This document shows, piece after piece, positions 24,723-35,045 of a stretch of DNA of 64,000 nucleotides. The DNA is taken from positions 1 through 64,000 of the forward strand of contig JAFATB010000022.1 in the NCBI GenBank assembly GCA_019244185.1. The letters run 5' to 3'. How positions within the stretch are numbered: the stretch's first letter is position 1; every line of letters starts with the position of its first letter. The translations under genes and the position numbers were made by a program. This stretch comes from Acidobacteriota bacterium. Its GTDB lineage: Bacteria > Acidobacteriota > Thermoanaerobaculia > Gp7-AA8. The notes under the pieces were generated by a model, which saw only the letters and a program-made list of their open reading frames with translations, did not search any database and was not told the DNA's origin.

Positions 24723-27700
24723 TTACGGCGTCGTGACCGTGACGTCGTCGATGAACACGTTGTTGCCGAAGGCGCTGATGCCGAGGAAGCCGAGTTTGAC
24801 GGTCGTGCCCTTGTAGGCGCTGAGGTCGATCGTGTGCTTCTTCCAGCCGGTCGAGCCGTCGTAGCGGTTGATCGCGCTGCCGACGTTCGTCCAGGTCGTG
24901 CTGGTCGAGACCTGCACCTGCACGCGATCGGCGGACGTCGAGTAGCCGGTGTCGTGGTACATCCAGAACGTCAGCGTGGCGGTCGTGGCGGTGCTCGGAA
25001 TGGCGAAGCCGGTGGAGCGGGAGACGCGCGTCTGCGAGCCGCTCGCGGCGTTGTACGAGTTGAACATCCCCATCGCGGTGCCGCCGTGCGGCGTGACGGT
25101 CGGATTCGTTCCCGAGGTCACGAACGTCCAGTTGCCGGCCGTGCCCGACGTATCGGTGACCGTCCAGCCGGTGCTGGAGTCGAGACCGTCGGAGAAGAGC
25201 GTCGTCGAAGCGCTGCAGGTCGCGGTGAAGTTCGTGCCGGTGACGTTCGCGCCGGCGACGGTGACGGACAGGCTGGCGGGCGAGAACGTGCAGCCGCTCT
25301 TCGACGGCGTCACGGTGTAGGTGCCGTTCGCGAGTCCGGAGATCGTGTAGTTGTTCGACGCGTCGCTGGTGGCGCCCTGGCTGCCGGCGGTGACCGTCGC
25401 GCCGGACGTGCCCGCGCTGCCGGAGATCGAGTACGTCGCGGTGGGCATGGTCACGGTGCCGGTGACGGTGAAGTTGCCGGCGGCGTAGCCGTAGACGCCG
25501 AGCCACCACGTGCCGGAGACGGGGTTCGTGGCGGAGCAGGTCTCGTTGCCCGACGACGTGTACGGACGGCAGATGTAGGACGACGAGGTCGGCTTGGCGC
25601 CGGACTGCGTGTAGATGTCGACGTCGCCGGTGGCGGAGGTCGTGGCGAAGGTGAGGTTCGTCGCGCCGGCCGGAACGGTGATGTAGTAATACTTCCACGC
25701 GCCCGCCGCGACGCTCTGGCCGCTGACGGCGACGCCGCTGGTGAGCTGCGTGTCGCCGCTGCCGCACGACGCGGTGAAGTTCGCGGTCACGTTGGCCGAG
25801 GTGATCGTCACCGACTGCGAGGCCGGCGAGAACGTGCAGCCCGACTTGCTCGGCGTGACGGTGTAGGTGCCGGCGGCGAAGCCGGTCATCGAGTAGTTGC
25901 TCGAGGCGTCGCTCGTCGCCGACGCGGAGCCGGCGGTGACGGTGGCACCCGACGTTCCGACGTTGCCGCTGATGGAGAACGTCGGCGCGGTGCAGCTGGC
26001 CGTGAAGTTGATGCCGGTGACGTTCGCCGAGGTGATGGTCACCGAGCTCGAGGCGGGCGAGAACGTGCAGCCCGACTTGCTCGGGGTCACCGTGTAGGTG
26101 CCGGCGGCGAAGCCGGAGAGCGTGTAGTTGTTCGACGCGTCGCTGGTGGTCGACGTCGAGCCGGCGGTGAGCGTCGCACCGGCGGTGCCGGCGCTGCCGG
26201 AAATCGAGAACGTCGGCGAGCTGGAGGTGGTGATCTTCGCCGTCCAGATCTCTTCCTTGGCATTGTTGCGGCGGTCGGTCCAGGAGGGGAAGAACGCGTT
26301 GCCGTAGCCGGAGAGGCTGTTGTAGTCGCCGAACTGGTTACCCGAGTCGGCGCCGCTCACGGTCTCGTCGGTCATCGCGGTGGTGACTTTCACGGCGGGC
26401 TGCCACGTGGCGCCGCCGTCGGTCGACATCTGGTAGTAGACGTCGACTTTCTTGCGCGTGCTGTCGGCGACGGTGTCGTAGTAGATCGCGCCGAGGGTGC
26501 CGTTCGTCTCGTCGACGGCGAGGAACGGATTGAACTGGTCATTGAGGCCGCTCTGGTTGTTGATCTTGACGCGGGCGCTCCACGTCGCGCCGCCGTCGGT
26601 CGAGCGCGAGAACCAGATGCGCGTCTTGCAGGTCGAGGTCGCGCTGGTGCCCGGCTCATTCGCCGCGGCCGTGCAGCCGCTGTCGCCGGAGAGGTCGGTC
26701 CAGAGCGCGTAGACGTTGTTCGTCGTGCCGTTGCGGTACGCGCCGCCGGAGACGTAGACGAGGATGCGGCGGCTGGAGAACGCCGGCACGCCGATGTCGT
26801 ACGAGTCGTACGTGGTGACGAGCTTGACGGGCGTGCCGTAGCTCGCGCCGCCGTTGGTCGACTTCACGACGAAGATGCCGCGCGAGCCGGTGTCGGGGAA
26901 GAAGCCGAAGACGTCGCCGGAGGCGTTGGTCTTGACGTCGGCGCCGATGCACGTGCCGGTGGCCTGCGAGTCGCTGACCTGGATCGGCGAGCCCCAGCCG
27001 GTGGACGTGCGGCGGTTCATGAACGCCGGGTTGCCGTTGTGCCAGATGACGTAGTTGTTGTTCGCGTACGCCGACGATGCGCTGTGGTCGATCCACTGCA
27101 TCTGCTTGTCGGTGTTCGTCTGCGTGCCTGAGATCGTGCCGTCGAAGGTCCACGTGGCGCCGCCGTTGGTGGACTTGTACGACTGCACTTTCAGCACGGT
27201 GCCGGCGGCGTTGATGCCCATCGTGGTCGACCACGCGGTGCCGTCCGAGCTCCAGTCCACCGTCGGATCGGAGTGGAACGAGTCGCCGCTGGCGAGCGAG
27301 AGGTTCGTCTGGCCCCACGTCACGCCGCCGTCGCTCGAGTAGTACACGCCCTGCGTGCCCGAGCTGGCGATGTTGTTCGAGGCGACGATGATCTTGCTCG
27401 GGTTCCAGTAGTTGATGCGGATGTCGGACTCGCTGCGCGACGCGGTCTGCGAGCCGGAGGTGCGGACGTTCGTGCCCGGCGTCGCGGCGTTGCTGACGAT
27501 GCGTCCCGGACCGCCCGGTCCGAGCTCTTCGTCGTCATCGCGGTCGCCGAACTCGCGTCCCGGCGGCATGGTTGCGTCGGGGTTGCCCGGACGGAGGTCC
27601 TGGTGGGTCATCATCCATTCGTAGATTTCCTTGAGAACCAATGGATATCCACCCGTCGCGTCATTCGGGTTGTCGTAGTTGACCTCGGGATGTCCTTTGC

Positions 27701-27953
27701 GCCAGTAGACCTTCAGCCACGGCGGGACGACGCGGTCGCTCGCGTCGCGCGCTTTGAGCTTGCTGAAATCCTGGTTCTCGCGAATGAGCTTCTCGAGCGC
27801 GCTGCCCGGAACGACGTGTCCGGCCGCGAGCTGCTCTTCGAGTCGGGGGAATCCCTTCTGCACCGGGGTAGGGTTGTCGATGCGCCCGGCGGCGCTGACC
27901 ATGGTCGTGCCGAGGAGAAATGCTCCAGCGAGGAGCCCAAACAGTTTCTTCAC
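24723..27953 (-). CDS. Secreted BNR/Asp-box (sialidase-like) beta-propeller protein with Ig-like repeats, PPC domain and C-terminal beta-sandwich
   Basis: Signal peptide MKKLFGLL; Asp boxes SSDGGVTW, STNGGATW, STNGGASY, STDGGATW x2; three GTYTVTPSKSGCTFSPAS repeats; PPC motif WKYYYITVPAGA..DVDIY..SGNETC. Confidence 0.85.
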   Translation of the reverse strand: MKKLFGLLAGAFLLGTTMVSAAGRIDNPTPVQKGFPRLEEQLAAGHVVPGSALEKLIRENQDFSKLKARDASDRVVPPWLKVYWRKGHPEVNYDNPNDATGGYPLVLKEIYEWMMTHQDLRPGNPDATMPPGREFGDRDDDEELGPGGPGRIVSNAATPGTNVRTSGSQTASRSESDIRINYWNPSKIIVASNNIASSGTQGVYYSSDGGVTWGQTNLSLASGDSFHSDPTVDWSSDGTAWSTTMGINAAGTVLKVQSYKSTNGGATWTFDGTISGTQTNTDKQMQWIDHSASSAYANNNYVIWHNGNPAFMNRRTSTGWGSPIQVSDSQATGTCIGADVKTNASGDVFGFFPDTGSRGIFVVKSTNGGASYGTPVKLVTTYDSYDIGVPAFSSRRILVYVSGGAYRNGTTNNVYALWTDLSGDSGCTAAANEPGTSATSTCKTRIWFSRSTDGGATWSARVKINNQSGLNDQFNPFLAVDETNGTLGAIYYDTVADSTRKKVDVYYQMSTDGGATWQPAVKVTTAMTDETVSGADSGNQFGDYNSLSGYGNAFFPSWTDRRNNAKEEIWTAKITTSSSPTFSISGSAGTAGATLTAGSTSTTSDASNNYTLSGFAAGTYTVTPSKSGCTFSPASSSVTITSANVTGINFTASCTAPTFSISGNVGTSGATVTAGSASATSDASSNYSMTGFAAGTYTVTPSKSGCTFSPASQSVTITSANVTANFTASCGSGDTQLTSGVAVSGQSVAAGAWKYYYITVPAGATNLTFATTSATGDVDIYTQSGAKPTSSSYICRPYTSSGNETCSATNPVSGTWWLGVYGYAAGNFTVTGTVTMPTATYSISGSAGTSGATVTAGSQGATSDASNNYTISGLANGTYTVTPSKSGCTFSPASLSVTVAGANVTGTNFTATCSASTTLFSDGLDSSTGWTVTDTSGTAGNWTFVTSGTNPTVTPHGGTAMGMFNSYNAASGSQTRVSRSTGFAIPSTATTATLTFWMYHDTGYSTSADRVQVQVSTSTTWTNVGSAINRYDGSTGWKKHTIDLSAYKGTTVKLGFLGISAFGNNVFIDDVTVTTP

Positions 27954-28150
27954 AGACGTTCCCTTCCTGATAACCGCGTTTTTCGGGGGTGAGAAAGGAA
28001 GCTCCTCTACTCAAGGCCTGTGCCGTAGGTAAATCGTTGATTTTTGGAGTTTTTGGTCGCTTTCCTGACCCGAACGGGTCGTGATGACGGGTCACGAATG
28101 GTGCAATGGCGCAGGAAGTGACCCGTACGGAACCGAGCTCGCGCGGCGCG

Positions 28151-29995
28151 TCACCGCCGCCCGCCCACGACCGCGCGCAACGTGCGCAATCGGAGGTCGA
28201 GTTCTTCGGGCGTGACGTTCGCGTATTTCGCAGGCAGGAGGCGGCGGCTGGAGGCTTCGAAGACGGCGAGGAGCTCCATGTATTCGAGCAGCTCGACGTC
28301 GCGGCTGGGGAAGTAGTCGGCCGCGGCGCGGATGAAGCGCTCCTCGCTCACGTCGTCGACGCCTTCGCGCGCGGCGTCGTCGAGCGCCATGAGCACGACC
28401 GCTTCGACGTCGGCGTTGCTGTAGCCGACGAGCTTCTTGGAAAACGAATCGCGGATGGCGGCGAAGTCGACCCGCGTCTTCACCTTGTTCTTGCGCACGA
28501 CGGCGCGGGTGATGTTCTCGACTTCTTCCGGCGTCTGTGAATAGAGGAACGGGATCTTGCGGTCGAGGCGTCCCGCGCGTTTGAGATCGACGTCGAGTTT
28601 GTCGGGACGATTGGTCATCACGAGGAAGAGGATCCGTCCGCGGTTCGACGTGTCGGACATGAACTCCTTGATGCGCGCGATGACGCGTGACGACGTGCCG
28701 CCGTCGCCGTCTTCATCGGTGTTGCCGAACGCGCGGTCGCCTTCGTCGATGATGACCACCACCTGGCCGATGGCGCGGATGACGTTGAGGATCTTCTCGA
28801 GATTGCCTTCCGTCGCGCCGACCCACTTCGAGCGGAAGTTCTTCAGCTTGATCGTGGTGAGGCCGCACTCTTTCGCGAACGCCTCCGCGACGAACGTCTT
28901 GCCGGTGCCCATCGGTCCGGTGAAGAGCACGCCCATCGGCACGCGCGCGGTCTGTCCCTCGCGGATGCTGTTGGCGATGACGTTCAGATCTTTCTTCACT
29001 TCTTCCATGCCGCCGACGACTTCGAAGCCATGCACCGGCTCGACGAACTCGACGAGGCCGAAGCACTCGCGCTCGAGAATCTCGCGCTTGCGCTGCGCGA
29101 TGAGGCGATCGACTTCCTGCCGGGCAATGTCCGTGCGTTGCCCGTCGAGGCGCTCCGGCAGCGACGCGCCCGGCGCGAGCAGCTTCGCGATCTCGTCGCG
29201 GTTCATCCCCGCGGTGAGCTGCGCGAGTTTCTTCGCGCGCTCCGCGACGTCCGCGCCGCTCCCCAGAATCCCCGCGATGAACGTCTCCCGATCGCGCGCC
29301 TCGGTCTCGCTGACCGGCGGCGGCGTGAGGATCGTGAGGATCTGCACGGCTTTGAGTCCCGCCGTGATGTCGGCGTAACGCTCGGTCTCTTTCTCCGACA
29401 GCGACGGATCGGCGAGCGCGGCGGCGGCCTTGCGCGTGTCGCGATCCGGCATCGGCACGTCGACGACGGCGACTTTCGGATTCGAGATCAGCTTCGGCGC
29501 GAGCTCGGCGAGGTTCTCCGCGATCAGGATGACCACGTTGTCGCAGCGCTCGATCTCGGGCAGGAACGACCAGCGGTGCAGCGTGACGACGGCGGCGCGA
29601 TCGCTCTCGCTCTGGAAGTTCGGATCGCCGGCGGGGGAGAGGACTTCCGCGTACTCGAGGATGATCGCGGTGCGCGAGTTGTTGAGCAGCAGGCGTTCGA
29701 GCGCGCCGAGGACGGCGGGCTTCTCGTTGGCGTGGAGTTGTTCGTCCACGGCGCGCTGCCCTTCGGACGGACGCTTGAGAAACCGCACGCCGGTGGCGAC
29801 GTTGTAGACGGCGATGGTGTCCTTCGATTCCTTCAGCAGCACGTTGCCGAGGAACTCGGTGAGCGTGAGCGTCCGTCCGCCGCTCAGCACGACGTCGTAG
29901 ACGTTGCCATGCAGCACGAAGATCGAGGCCTCACCGCGCAGATAGCGGCGGCGGAGATCGTCGGCCCAGCCGGGGAGAATGCGCGGGTCGGACAA
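28151..29995 (-). CDS. AAA+ ATPase (classic clade; degenerate N-terminal AAA-like domain + active C-terminal AAA domain, Ycf46/Vps4-like)
   Basis: VGGMEEVK, Walker A GPMGTGKT, pore loop SKWVG, Walker [25 protein letters not shown]. Confidence 0.92.
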   Translation of the reverse strand: MSDPRILPGWADDLRRRYLRGEASIFVLHGNVYDVVLSGGRTLTLTEFLGNVLLKESKDTIAVYNVATGVRFLKRPSEGQRAVDEQLHANEKPAVLGALERLLLNNSRTAIILEYAEVLSPAGDPNFQSESDRAAVVTLHRWSFLPEIERCDNVVILIAENLAELAPKLISNPKVAVVDVPMPDRDTRKAAAALADPSLSEKETERYADITAGLKAVQILTILTPPPVSETEARDRETFIAGILGSGADVAERAKKLAQLTAGMNRDEIAKLLAPGASLPERLDGQRTDIARQEVDRLIAQRKREILERECFGLVEFVEPVHGFEVVGGMEEVKKDLNVIANSIREGQTARVPMGVLFTGPMGTGKTFVAEAFAKECGLTTIKLKNFRSKWVGATEGNLEKILNVIRAIGQVVVIIDEGDRAFGNTDEDGDGGTSSRVIARIKEFMSDTSNRGRILFLVMTNRPDKLDVDLKRAGRLDRKIPFLYSQTPEEVENITRAVVRKNKVKTRVDFAAIRDSFSKKLVGYSNADVEAVVLMALDDAAREGVDDVSEERFIRAAADYFPSRDVELLEYMELLAVFEASSRRLLPAKYANVTPEELDLRLRTLRAVVGGRR

Positions 29996-30925
29996 TCAGA
30001 CCTCCATCGTCTTGAGGATTTTCTCGGTGTCGATCGCCGTCTGGCGGATCGACTCGACGCCGTCGAGCAGGTCGTTGAGCTGGCCGGAGAGCTCGGCCGG
30101 CGACTGCATCATCACGATCTGGTCGGCGATCAGCCGGAACGAGTTCTCGATCAGATCGAGCTGGCCGCGCGCGACGCGCAGGTAGTCGCGCAGCTCGTGC
30201 AGCTTCTCGATGCGCTTCATGATCACGGCGAAGTTTTTCTTCGCGACGTCGAGCTCGGGACCGGAGACGTTCGGCACCTGCATGCGCTGCTGCCAGCGGT
30301 CGCGGTCGCGTTCGAGCTCGCGCAGGTCGATCGTGCCGAGATAGTTCTCGTAGCGCGAGCAGGTGATGGCCATCTCCAGAAACGCGTCGACGAGCCGGCG
30401 CGTCTTCACGAGCTCCGTGCGCAGCAGTTCGCCGGTGAACGACGGGTTCTGCGCGGCGAGGCGATTGATCTCTTCCTGTTTCGCGACGAGATTGTTGACG
30501 CGGTCGCGCTCCTGCTGCGGCAGGTCTTTCATCCGCTCTTCGCGCTCGCGCGCCTCGTACGCGAGCCGGATTTTCTCGAGGCGCGGATCCCACAGGATGC
30601 GCTGCAATGTTTTCGATTCAGGGCCGTGCAGCAGCCAGATCGCTTCGGTGCCCAACGCCACCGCGGCGAGCACGGGGTTCATCGTCACGGCCGCGGCGGT
30701 GAGCGAGCCGAAGAAGAGCGAGAGGTTGTACGGGTTCGAGAATGCGAGTTTGAGATACGGGTGTTTCTCGAACGCGGCGTTGACGACGAGATCCTTCGCC
30801 GTCTCGCGCACGGCCTGCTGCATCTGCTGCTGGGCCGAGGGCGGCGTCACCGTTTTCTGGAGCGCGGGCGTCGCCGTTTTTTGCGGCTGCGGGACCGCGG
30901 GACGCTTCTGTTCGATCGGCGACAC
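29996..30925 (-). CDS. Hypothetical protein: hydrophobic hairpin followed by long coiled coil
   Basis: NPYNLSLFFGSLTAAAVTMNPVLAAVALGTEAIWLL, then E/R/L-rich heptads. Its stop directly abuts the AAA start. Confidence 0.8.
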   Translation of the reverse strand: MSPIEQKRPAVPQPQKTATPALQKTVTPPSAQQQMQQAVRETAKDLVVNAAFEKHPYLKLAFSNPYNLSLFFGSLTAAAVTMNPVLAAVALGTEAIWLLHGPESKTLQRILWDPRLEKIRLAYEAREREERMKDLPQQERDRVNNLVAKQEEINRLAAQNPSFTGELLRTELVKTRRLVDAFLEMAITCSRYENYLGTIDLRELERDRDRWQQRMQVPNVSGPELDVAKKNFAVIMKRIEKLHELRDYLRVARGQLDLIENSFRLIADQIVMMQSPAELSGQLNDLLDGVESIRQTAIDTEKILKTMEV

Positions 30926-30947
30926 GACCGTATTGTATCGGTCCGGC

Positions 30948-31841
30948 TCAGGCGGGCGCGTAGATGAGGTCGAGGAGCTGCTTCTCGACGTTGCGGAACT
31001 CGTTCGACGACTTGAGGTGGATCCCGCGCGATTCGAAGAACGGCACGTCGACGCGATGCAGGATGTGCGTCGGGCGCGGTGCGAGCACGTACACCGTGTC
31101 GGCGACGTACACCGCCTCGGAGACGTCGTGCGTGACGAACAGAATGGTGTTGTCTTCGTTGCGCGAGACGTCGAGCAGAAGGCTCTGCATGCCCCAGCGC
31201 GTCTGCGGATCGAGCGCGCCGAACGGCTCGTCCATCAACACGAGCTTCGGATGGTTGATGAGCGTCCGCGCGATGGCCACGCGCTGCTTCATGCCGCCGG
31301 AGAGATCTTTCGGATAGCGCTCCGCGAACTCCGCGAGCCCGACCTGCTCGAGATACTTCTGCGATTCGGCGCGGCGTTTTTCTTTCGGCACGCCCTGCAG
31401 CCGCGGTCCGTACTCGACGTTCTCGCGCACGGTGAGCCACGAGAACGACGTGTAGGCCTGGAAGACCATGCCGCGATCGCGGCCGACGTCCGTGACCGGC
31501 ACGCCGTCGACGAAGACTTCGCCGCGCGTCGGCGGAAGCAAACCCGCGACGGCTTTGAGGATCGTCGACTTGCCGCAGCCAGAGGGGCCGAGGAAGACGA
31601 TGATCTCGCCGCAGCCCGGCTTGTCCGCGACGTCGAGCGTCACCTCGCGCACGGCTTCCGTCGAATTGCCGTGGCGATCGATGTACGTGACGCCGAGGTC
31701 GTCGAGGCGCAGCTTCGGCGTGCCGTCGACGCGCTGGGCCTCGTACGTGCCGCGCTTGAGGTTGCGGTCCGACGGCGTGACGGCGACGGTGCCGGGCTCG
31801 CCCTGTTGCGGCGTGAGCGGCGGTTTCGTGTTCGTCGCCAT
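30948..31841 (-). CDS. ABC transporter ATP-binding protein (SsuB/TauB/NrtD type)
   Basis: GPSGCGKS, VFQ, LSGGMKQR, LMDEPFGALD, VTHD. Confidence 0.95.
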   Translation of the reverse strand: MATNTKPPLTPQQGEPGTVAVTPSDRNLKRGTYEAQRVDGTPKLRLDDLGVTYIDRHGNSTEAVREVTLDVADKPGCGEIIVFLGPSGCGKSTILKAVAGLLPPTRGEVFVDGVPVTDVGRDRGMVFQAYTSFSWLTVRENVEYGPRLQGVPKEKRRAESQKYLEQVGLAEFAERYPKDLSGGMKQRVAIARTLINHPKLVLMDEPFGALDPQTRWGMQSLLLDVSRNEDNTILFVTHDVSEAVYVADTVYVLAPRPTHILHRVDVPFFESRGIHLKSSNEFRNVEKQLLDLIYAPA

Positions 31842-32644
31842 CAGGCGTCCTCCCTCCAGCGGAAGAGGATCGACGACAGCGCACGGATGAACTGATCGGT
31901 GAGGATGCCGATGCCGCCGATGACGATGAGGCCCGCGAACGACCACGACGCCTTCTGGTGCGTGCGCGCGAGCTCCACCATGTACCCGAGTCCGTGCTCG
32001 GGGTTCACCGCTTCGGCGAGGATGACGTACGTCCACGAGATCGCGTTCATCACGCGGAACGAGTCGAAGATCTCCGGCAGCGCCGCCGGCACGAGCACCG
32101 TTCGGATGACCTGCCACTTCGACGCGCCGAGCGTCAGCGCTGTCTGCACGAGTTCCTCGGGCACCAGACGGATCGCGGAGACGACCACCGGCAGGAGGTA
32201 GACGAAGACGCCGAGAAAGAGGAACGCGATCTTTTCCTTCTCGTAGATGCCGAACCAGAGGATGAGCAGCGGGATGAACGCGGAGATCGGCATGTAGCGC
32301 AGCGGCGCCATGATCGACTCGAACACCGCGTGCAGCGGCGTGAACGCGCCCATGAAGATGCCGAGCGGCAGCGCGATGCCGGCCGCGAGGAGAAACGCGA
32401 GCACGATGCGCCGCGTCGAGATGAGGATCGCGGTCATGAGGTCGTAGCGGAAGAAGAGCTGCAGCGTGCCGCGGATCGTCTCGGTCGGCGAGGGGAGAAA
32501 GTCCGGCGGCGCGAAGCCGCCGTAGCTGATGAGACACCACACGCCGAGGACGAGCAGCGGCATGACGATGCCGAGGGCCGCCGACATGCCGCGCGGGAGC
32601 GGCTGCCGGATCGACCAGATCGATGCGCTGCGCGATCTCGCCAT
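31841..32644 (-). CDS. ABC transporter permease (SsuC/TauC type)
   Basis: FLPSPTE, LRYMPISAFIPLLILWFGI, EAA-like loop TALTLGAS..VLVPAALP; start and stop overlap both neighbours. Confidence 0.93.
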   Translation of the reverse strand: MARSRSASIWSIRQPLPRGMSAALGIVMPLLVLGVWCLISYGGFAPPDFLPSPTETIRGTLQLFFRYDLMTAILISTRRIVLAFLLAAGIALPLGIFMGAFTPLHAVFESIMAPLRYMPISAFIPLLILWFGIYEKEKIAFLFLGVFVYLLPVVVSAIRLVPEELVQTALTLGASKWQVIRTVLVPAALPEIFDSFRVMNAISWTYVILAEAVNPEHGLGYMVELARTHQKASWSFAGLIVIGGIGILTDQFIRALSSILFRWREDA

Positions 32645-34272
32645 TACTGCGTCGCCAGCACCACTTTGATCTCGGTGCGGCGATTCAGCTGCCGTCCGGC
32701 CTCCGTCGCGTTGTCGGCGATCGGATTCGTCGAGCCGCGGCCGATGGTCTGGAAGCGGTTCGGATCGATGTTCGGGAAGTTCTGCACGATGTAGTTCTTC
32801 ACCGCGAGGGCGCGGCGCTCGGAGAGCGTCATGTTCGCCTGCGGCGCGCCGGTCGCGTCGGTGTTGCCTTCGACGCGCAGGTACGTGTTGCCGAACGACG
32901 TCATCGTGTCGCCGAGCGAATCGAGGACGAAGAACGAGCCGGGCATGATCTGGTCGGAGCCGGGCGTGAAGTGAATCTCGATCTGCTTGTTGATGATGGC
33001 GCGGTCTTTCACCGACGGCGGCTTCGCGGCCACCTTCGGCTCCTCGACCTTCTGCGTCGCGTAGTCGGATGCGAGCGCGGAGACGAACTGCGTGTCCGCC
33101 CAGTCCTTCGCCTCGACCGGACGCGTGACGAGACCCTTCTTGCGCCAGATCACGAACGCGGTGTCGAAGAGCGTGTCGTAATGCGCGCGTCCGCCGGAGA
33201 GGCCGTAGAACTGCGCGTTGTCGGCGTACGGCGTGAGCTTGAGTCCGGAGAGCATGCCGGAGACGGTTTCGTCGTCGAGCTTGAGCGCCTTGCCGACGAT
33301 CGCGTTCGAGCCGGCCGGATCGTTCTTCATCTGCTCGATGCCTTCGAACCAGCCGTGCACGAAGTCGCGCAGCGTTTCCGGCGCCTGCTGGATGATGTCC
33401 TGCCGCGCCACGAGCGTGTCCGCGATGATGTTCGTCGCGGCGGTCGTGGAGACGAGGACGTGCGCCGCATCGCCGCGCGCGGCGACGGCCGCGGAGAGAT
33501 CCGGCTCCCACGTCACGGCGGCGTCGACCTGGCTGGCCTTGAACATCGCCGCGGCCGCGGGCGCGTCCGTCGAGAAGATGATGTTCTTCTCGACCTCGTT
33601 GCGATCGGCGGGGCTGAGGCCCGACTGCGACAGCAGATACAGAAGCAAAAAGTGCGACGGCGTGAACTGCGTGCACGCGATCTTGTGGCCTTTGAGGTCT
33701 TCGATCGATTTGATCGTCGCGAGCGAGACGATGCCGTCGCCGCCGCGCGACCAGTCCTGCATCATGATCGAGCGCGCGTGCTGGTTGTTCTCGCTCAGCA
33801 CCGACGCCTCGCGCGCCCAGTTGTCGACCGTGTCCCACATGACGTCGATGTCGCCTTTGCGGAACGCGGCGAGCTTCGCCGCCGGGTCTTCGATGAGGAC
33901 GAACTTCACCTCGGTGTTGAACTTCTTCTGATACATCGACGCCGGATTCGGATCGAGCCCGCCGTTGTAGACGATGCCCGGCGAGTGGCCGGCCCACGTG
34001 TTAATGGCCACGACCAGCGGGCGGTTGAGGCGTCCGCTGCCCTGCAGCGCGACCGGCTGCACGCCGTTCGAGCCGGCGTCGCGCGCGGCGTCGGCGGGCG
34101 CGTTCTTCAGCGCGTCGAAATCAGTCTTGGATACGTCGCCGGACGCGCTCTTCGACTCTTCGCCTCCGGCCCACTTCTTCACGTCGGCGCCTTTGTAGTG
34201 ATAGACGGCGTAGCCGACGACGACCAGGATGACGGCGGTGATGAACAGCTTCGCGAACGGGGTGAGTCTCAT
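32644..34272 (-). CDS. Membrane-anchored NMT1/SsuA-like solute-binding protein fused to an OmpA-like peptidoglycan-binding domain
   Basis: N-terminal TM (LFITAVILVVVGYAVY); DWSRGGDGIV, IKSIEDLKG, DAAVTWEP; C-terminal VEGNTDATG..NMTLSERRA..GRQLNRRTEI. Confidence 0.9.
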   Translation of the reverse strand: MRLTPFAKLFITAVILVVVGYAVYHYKGADVKKWAGGEESKSASGDVSKTDFDALKNAPADAARDAGSNGVQPVALQGSGRLNRPLVVAINTWAGHSPGIVYNGGLDPNPASMYQKKFNTEVKFVLIEDPAAKLAAFRKGDIDVMWDTVDNWAREASVLSENNQHARSIMMQDWSRGGDGIVSLATIKSIEDLKGHKIACTQFTPSHFLLLYLLSQSGLSPADRNEVEKNIIFSTDAPAAAAMFKASQVDAAVTWEPDLSAAVAARGDAAHVLVSTTAATNIIADTLVARQDIIQQAPETLRDFVHGWFEGIEQMKNDPAGSNAIVGKALKLDDETVSGMLSGLKLTPYADNAQFYGLSGGRAHYDTLFDTAFVIWRKKGLVTRPVEAKDWADTQFVSALASDYATQKVEEPKVAAKPPSVKDRAIINKQIEIHFTPGSDQIMPGSFFVLDSLGDTMTSFGNTYLRVEGNTDATGAPQANMTLSERRALAVKNYIVQNFPNIDPNRFQTIGRGSTNPIADNATEAGRQLNRRTEIKVVLATQ

Positions 34273-34317
34273 GACGAACCTTTCTGCATTACGACACGCG
34301 ACGTCGACGACGCTGCG

Positions 34318-35022
34318 TTACATCGTCTTCTGTCCCTGCGCGGCCTGCTGCGCGGCCTTGCGCGCCTTCAGCTCCGCGAGCTCCTGCTTGGCCTGCACGT
34401 CGCCGACCTGATTGCGCAGGTTGGCCAGACGCGAGTCGAGCGACGTGTCGGAGAGCTCCTTGCCGAGGTTGGCCTCGGCGATGGTGTTCTTGATGTGCGT
34501 GCGGACGTTGTCGAGCGCGCGGACCTCGTCGTCGACGGAGAGACCGTCGAGCTGCTCCTGAATCTTGAGGCGCGCCTGCGCCGACTGCATCTTGGCCAGC
34601 ATCGAGTCGCGCTCGGCCTTCAGCTTGCGGATCTCCGACTGCACGGAGAGGAGCGACGACTTCGCGGAGTCGGCGTCGTTGCGCGCGCTCTCCATGTCCG
34701 TCTGCAGCTCGGCGAGATCGGCGTTGAGCTGGTTCTTTTTCTGGATCAGCACGACCGCGAGATCGTCCTGATTCGTTTCGACGGCGGTGTTGAGCTCCGC
34801 TTCGGTCTGCGCGAGCTCCGCCGTCGCGCTCTTGAAGCGGTCCGCGAGCTCGTCGCGCCTGCGGATGATCGCGGCGGTGGCACTCTTGAGCTTCGCGTAC
34901 TTGCCGACCATCGAGTTGATGGCGTTCTCGTACGCGATCTCCGGATGATCCTTCTCGATGTCGGAGATCCACAACGAGAGAAAACCCTTCCACAGATTGC
35001 CTAAACGTGAAAACACACCCAT
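34318..35022 (-). CDS. pspA: PspA/IM30-family protein (ESCRT-III superfamily)
   Basis: Amphipathic N-terminus [22 protein letters not shown]; long coiled coil; [11 protein letters not shown]; A+ARLKIQEQL; C-terminal ELAELKARK. Confidence 0.88.
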   Translation of the reverse strand: MGVFSRLGNLWKGFLSLWISDIEKDHPEIAYENAINSMVGKYAKLKSATAAIIRRRDELADRFKSATAELAQTEAELNTAVETNQDDLAVVLIQKKNQLNADLAELQTDMESARNDADSAKSSLLSVQSEIRKLKAERDSMLAKMQSAQARLKIQEQLDGLSVDDEVRALDNVRTHIKNTIAEANLGKELSDTSLDSRLANLRNQVGDVQAKQELAELKARKAAQQAAQGQKTM

Positions 35023-35045
35023 GGTTTCTCCTCAGCTCCCCTTCG

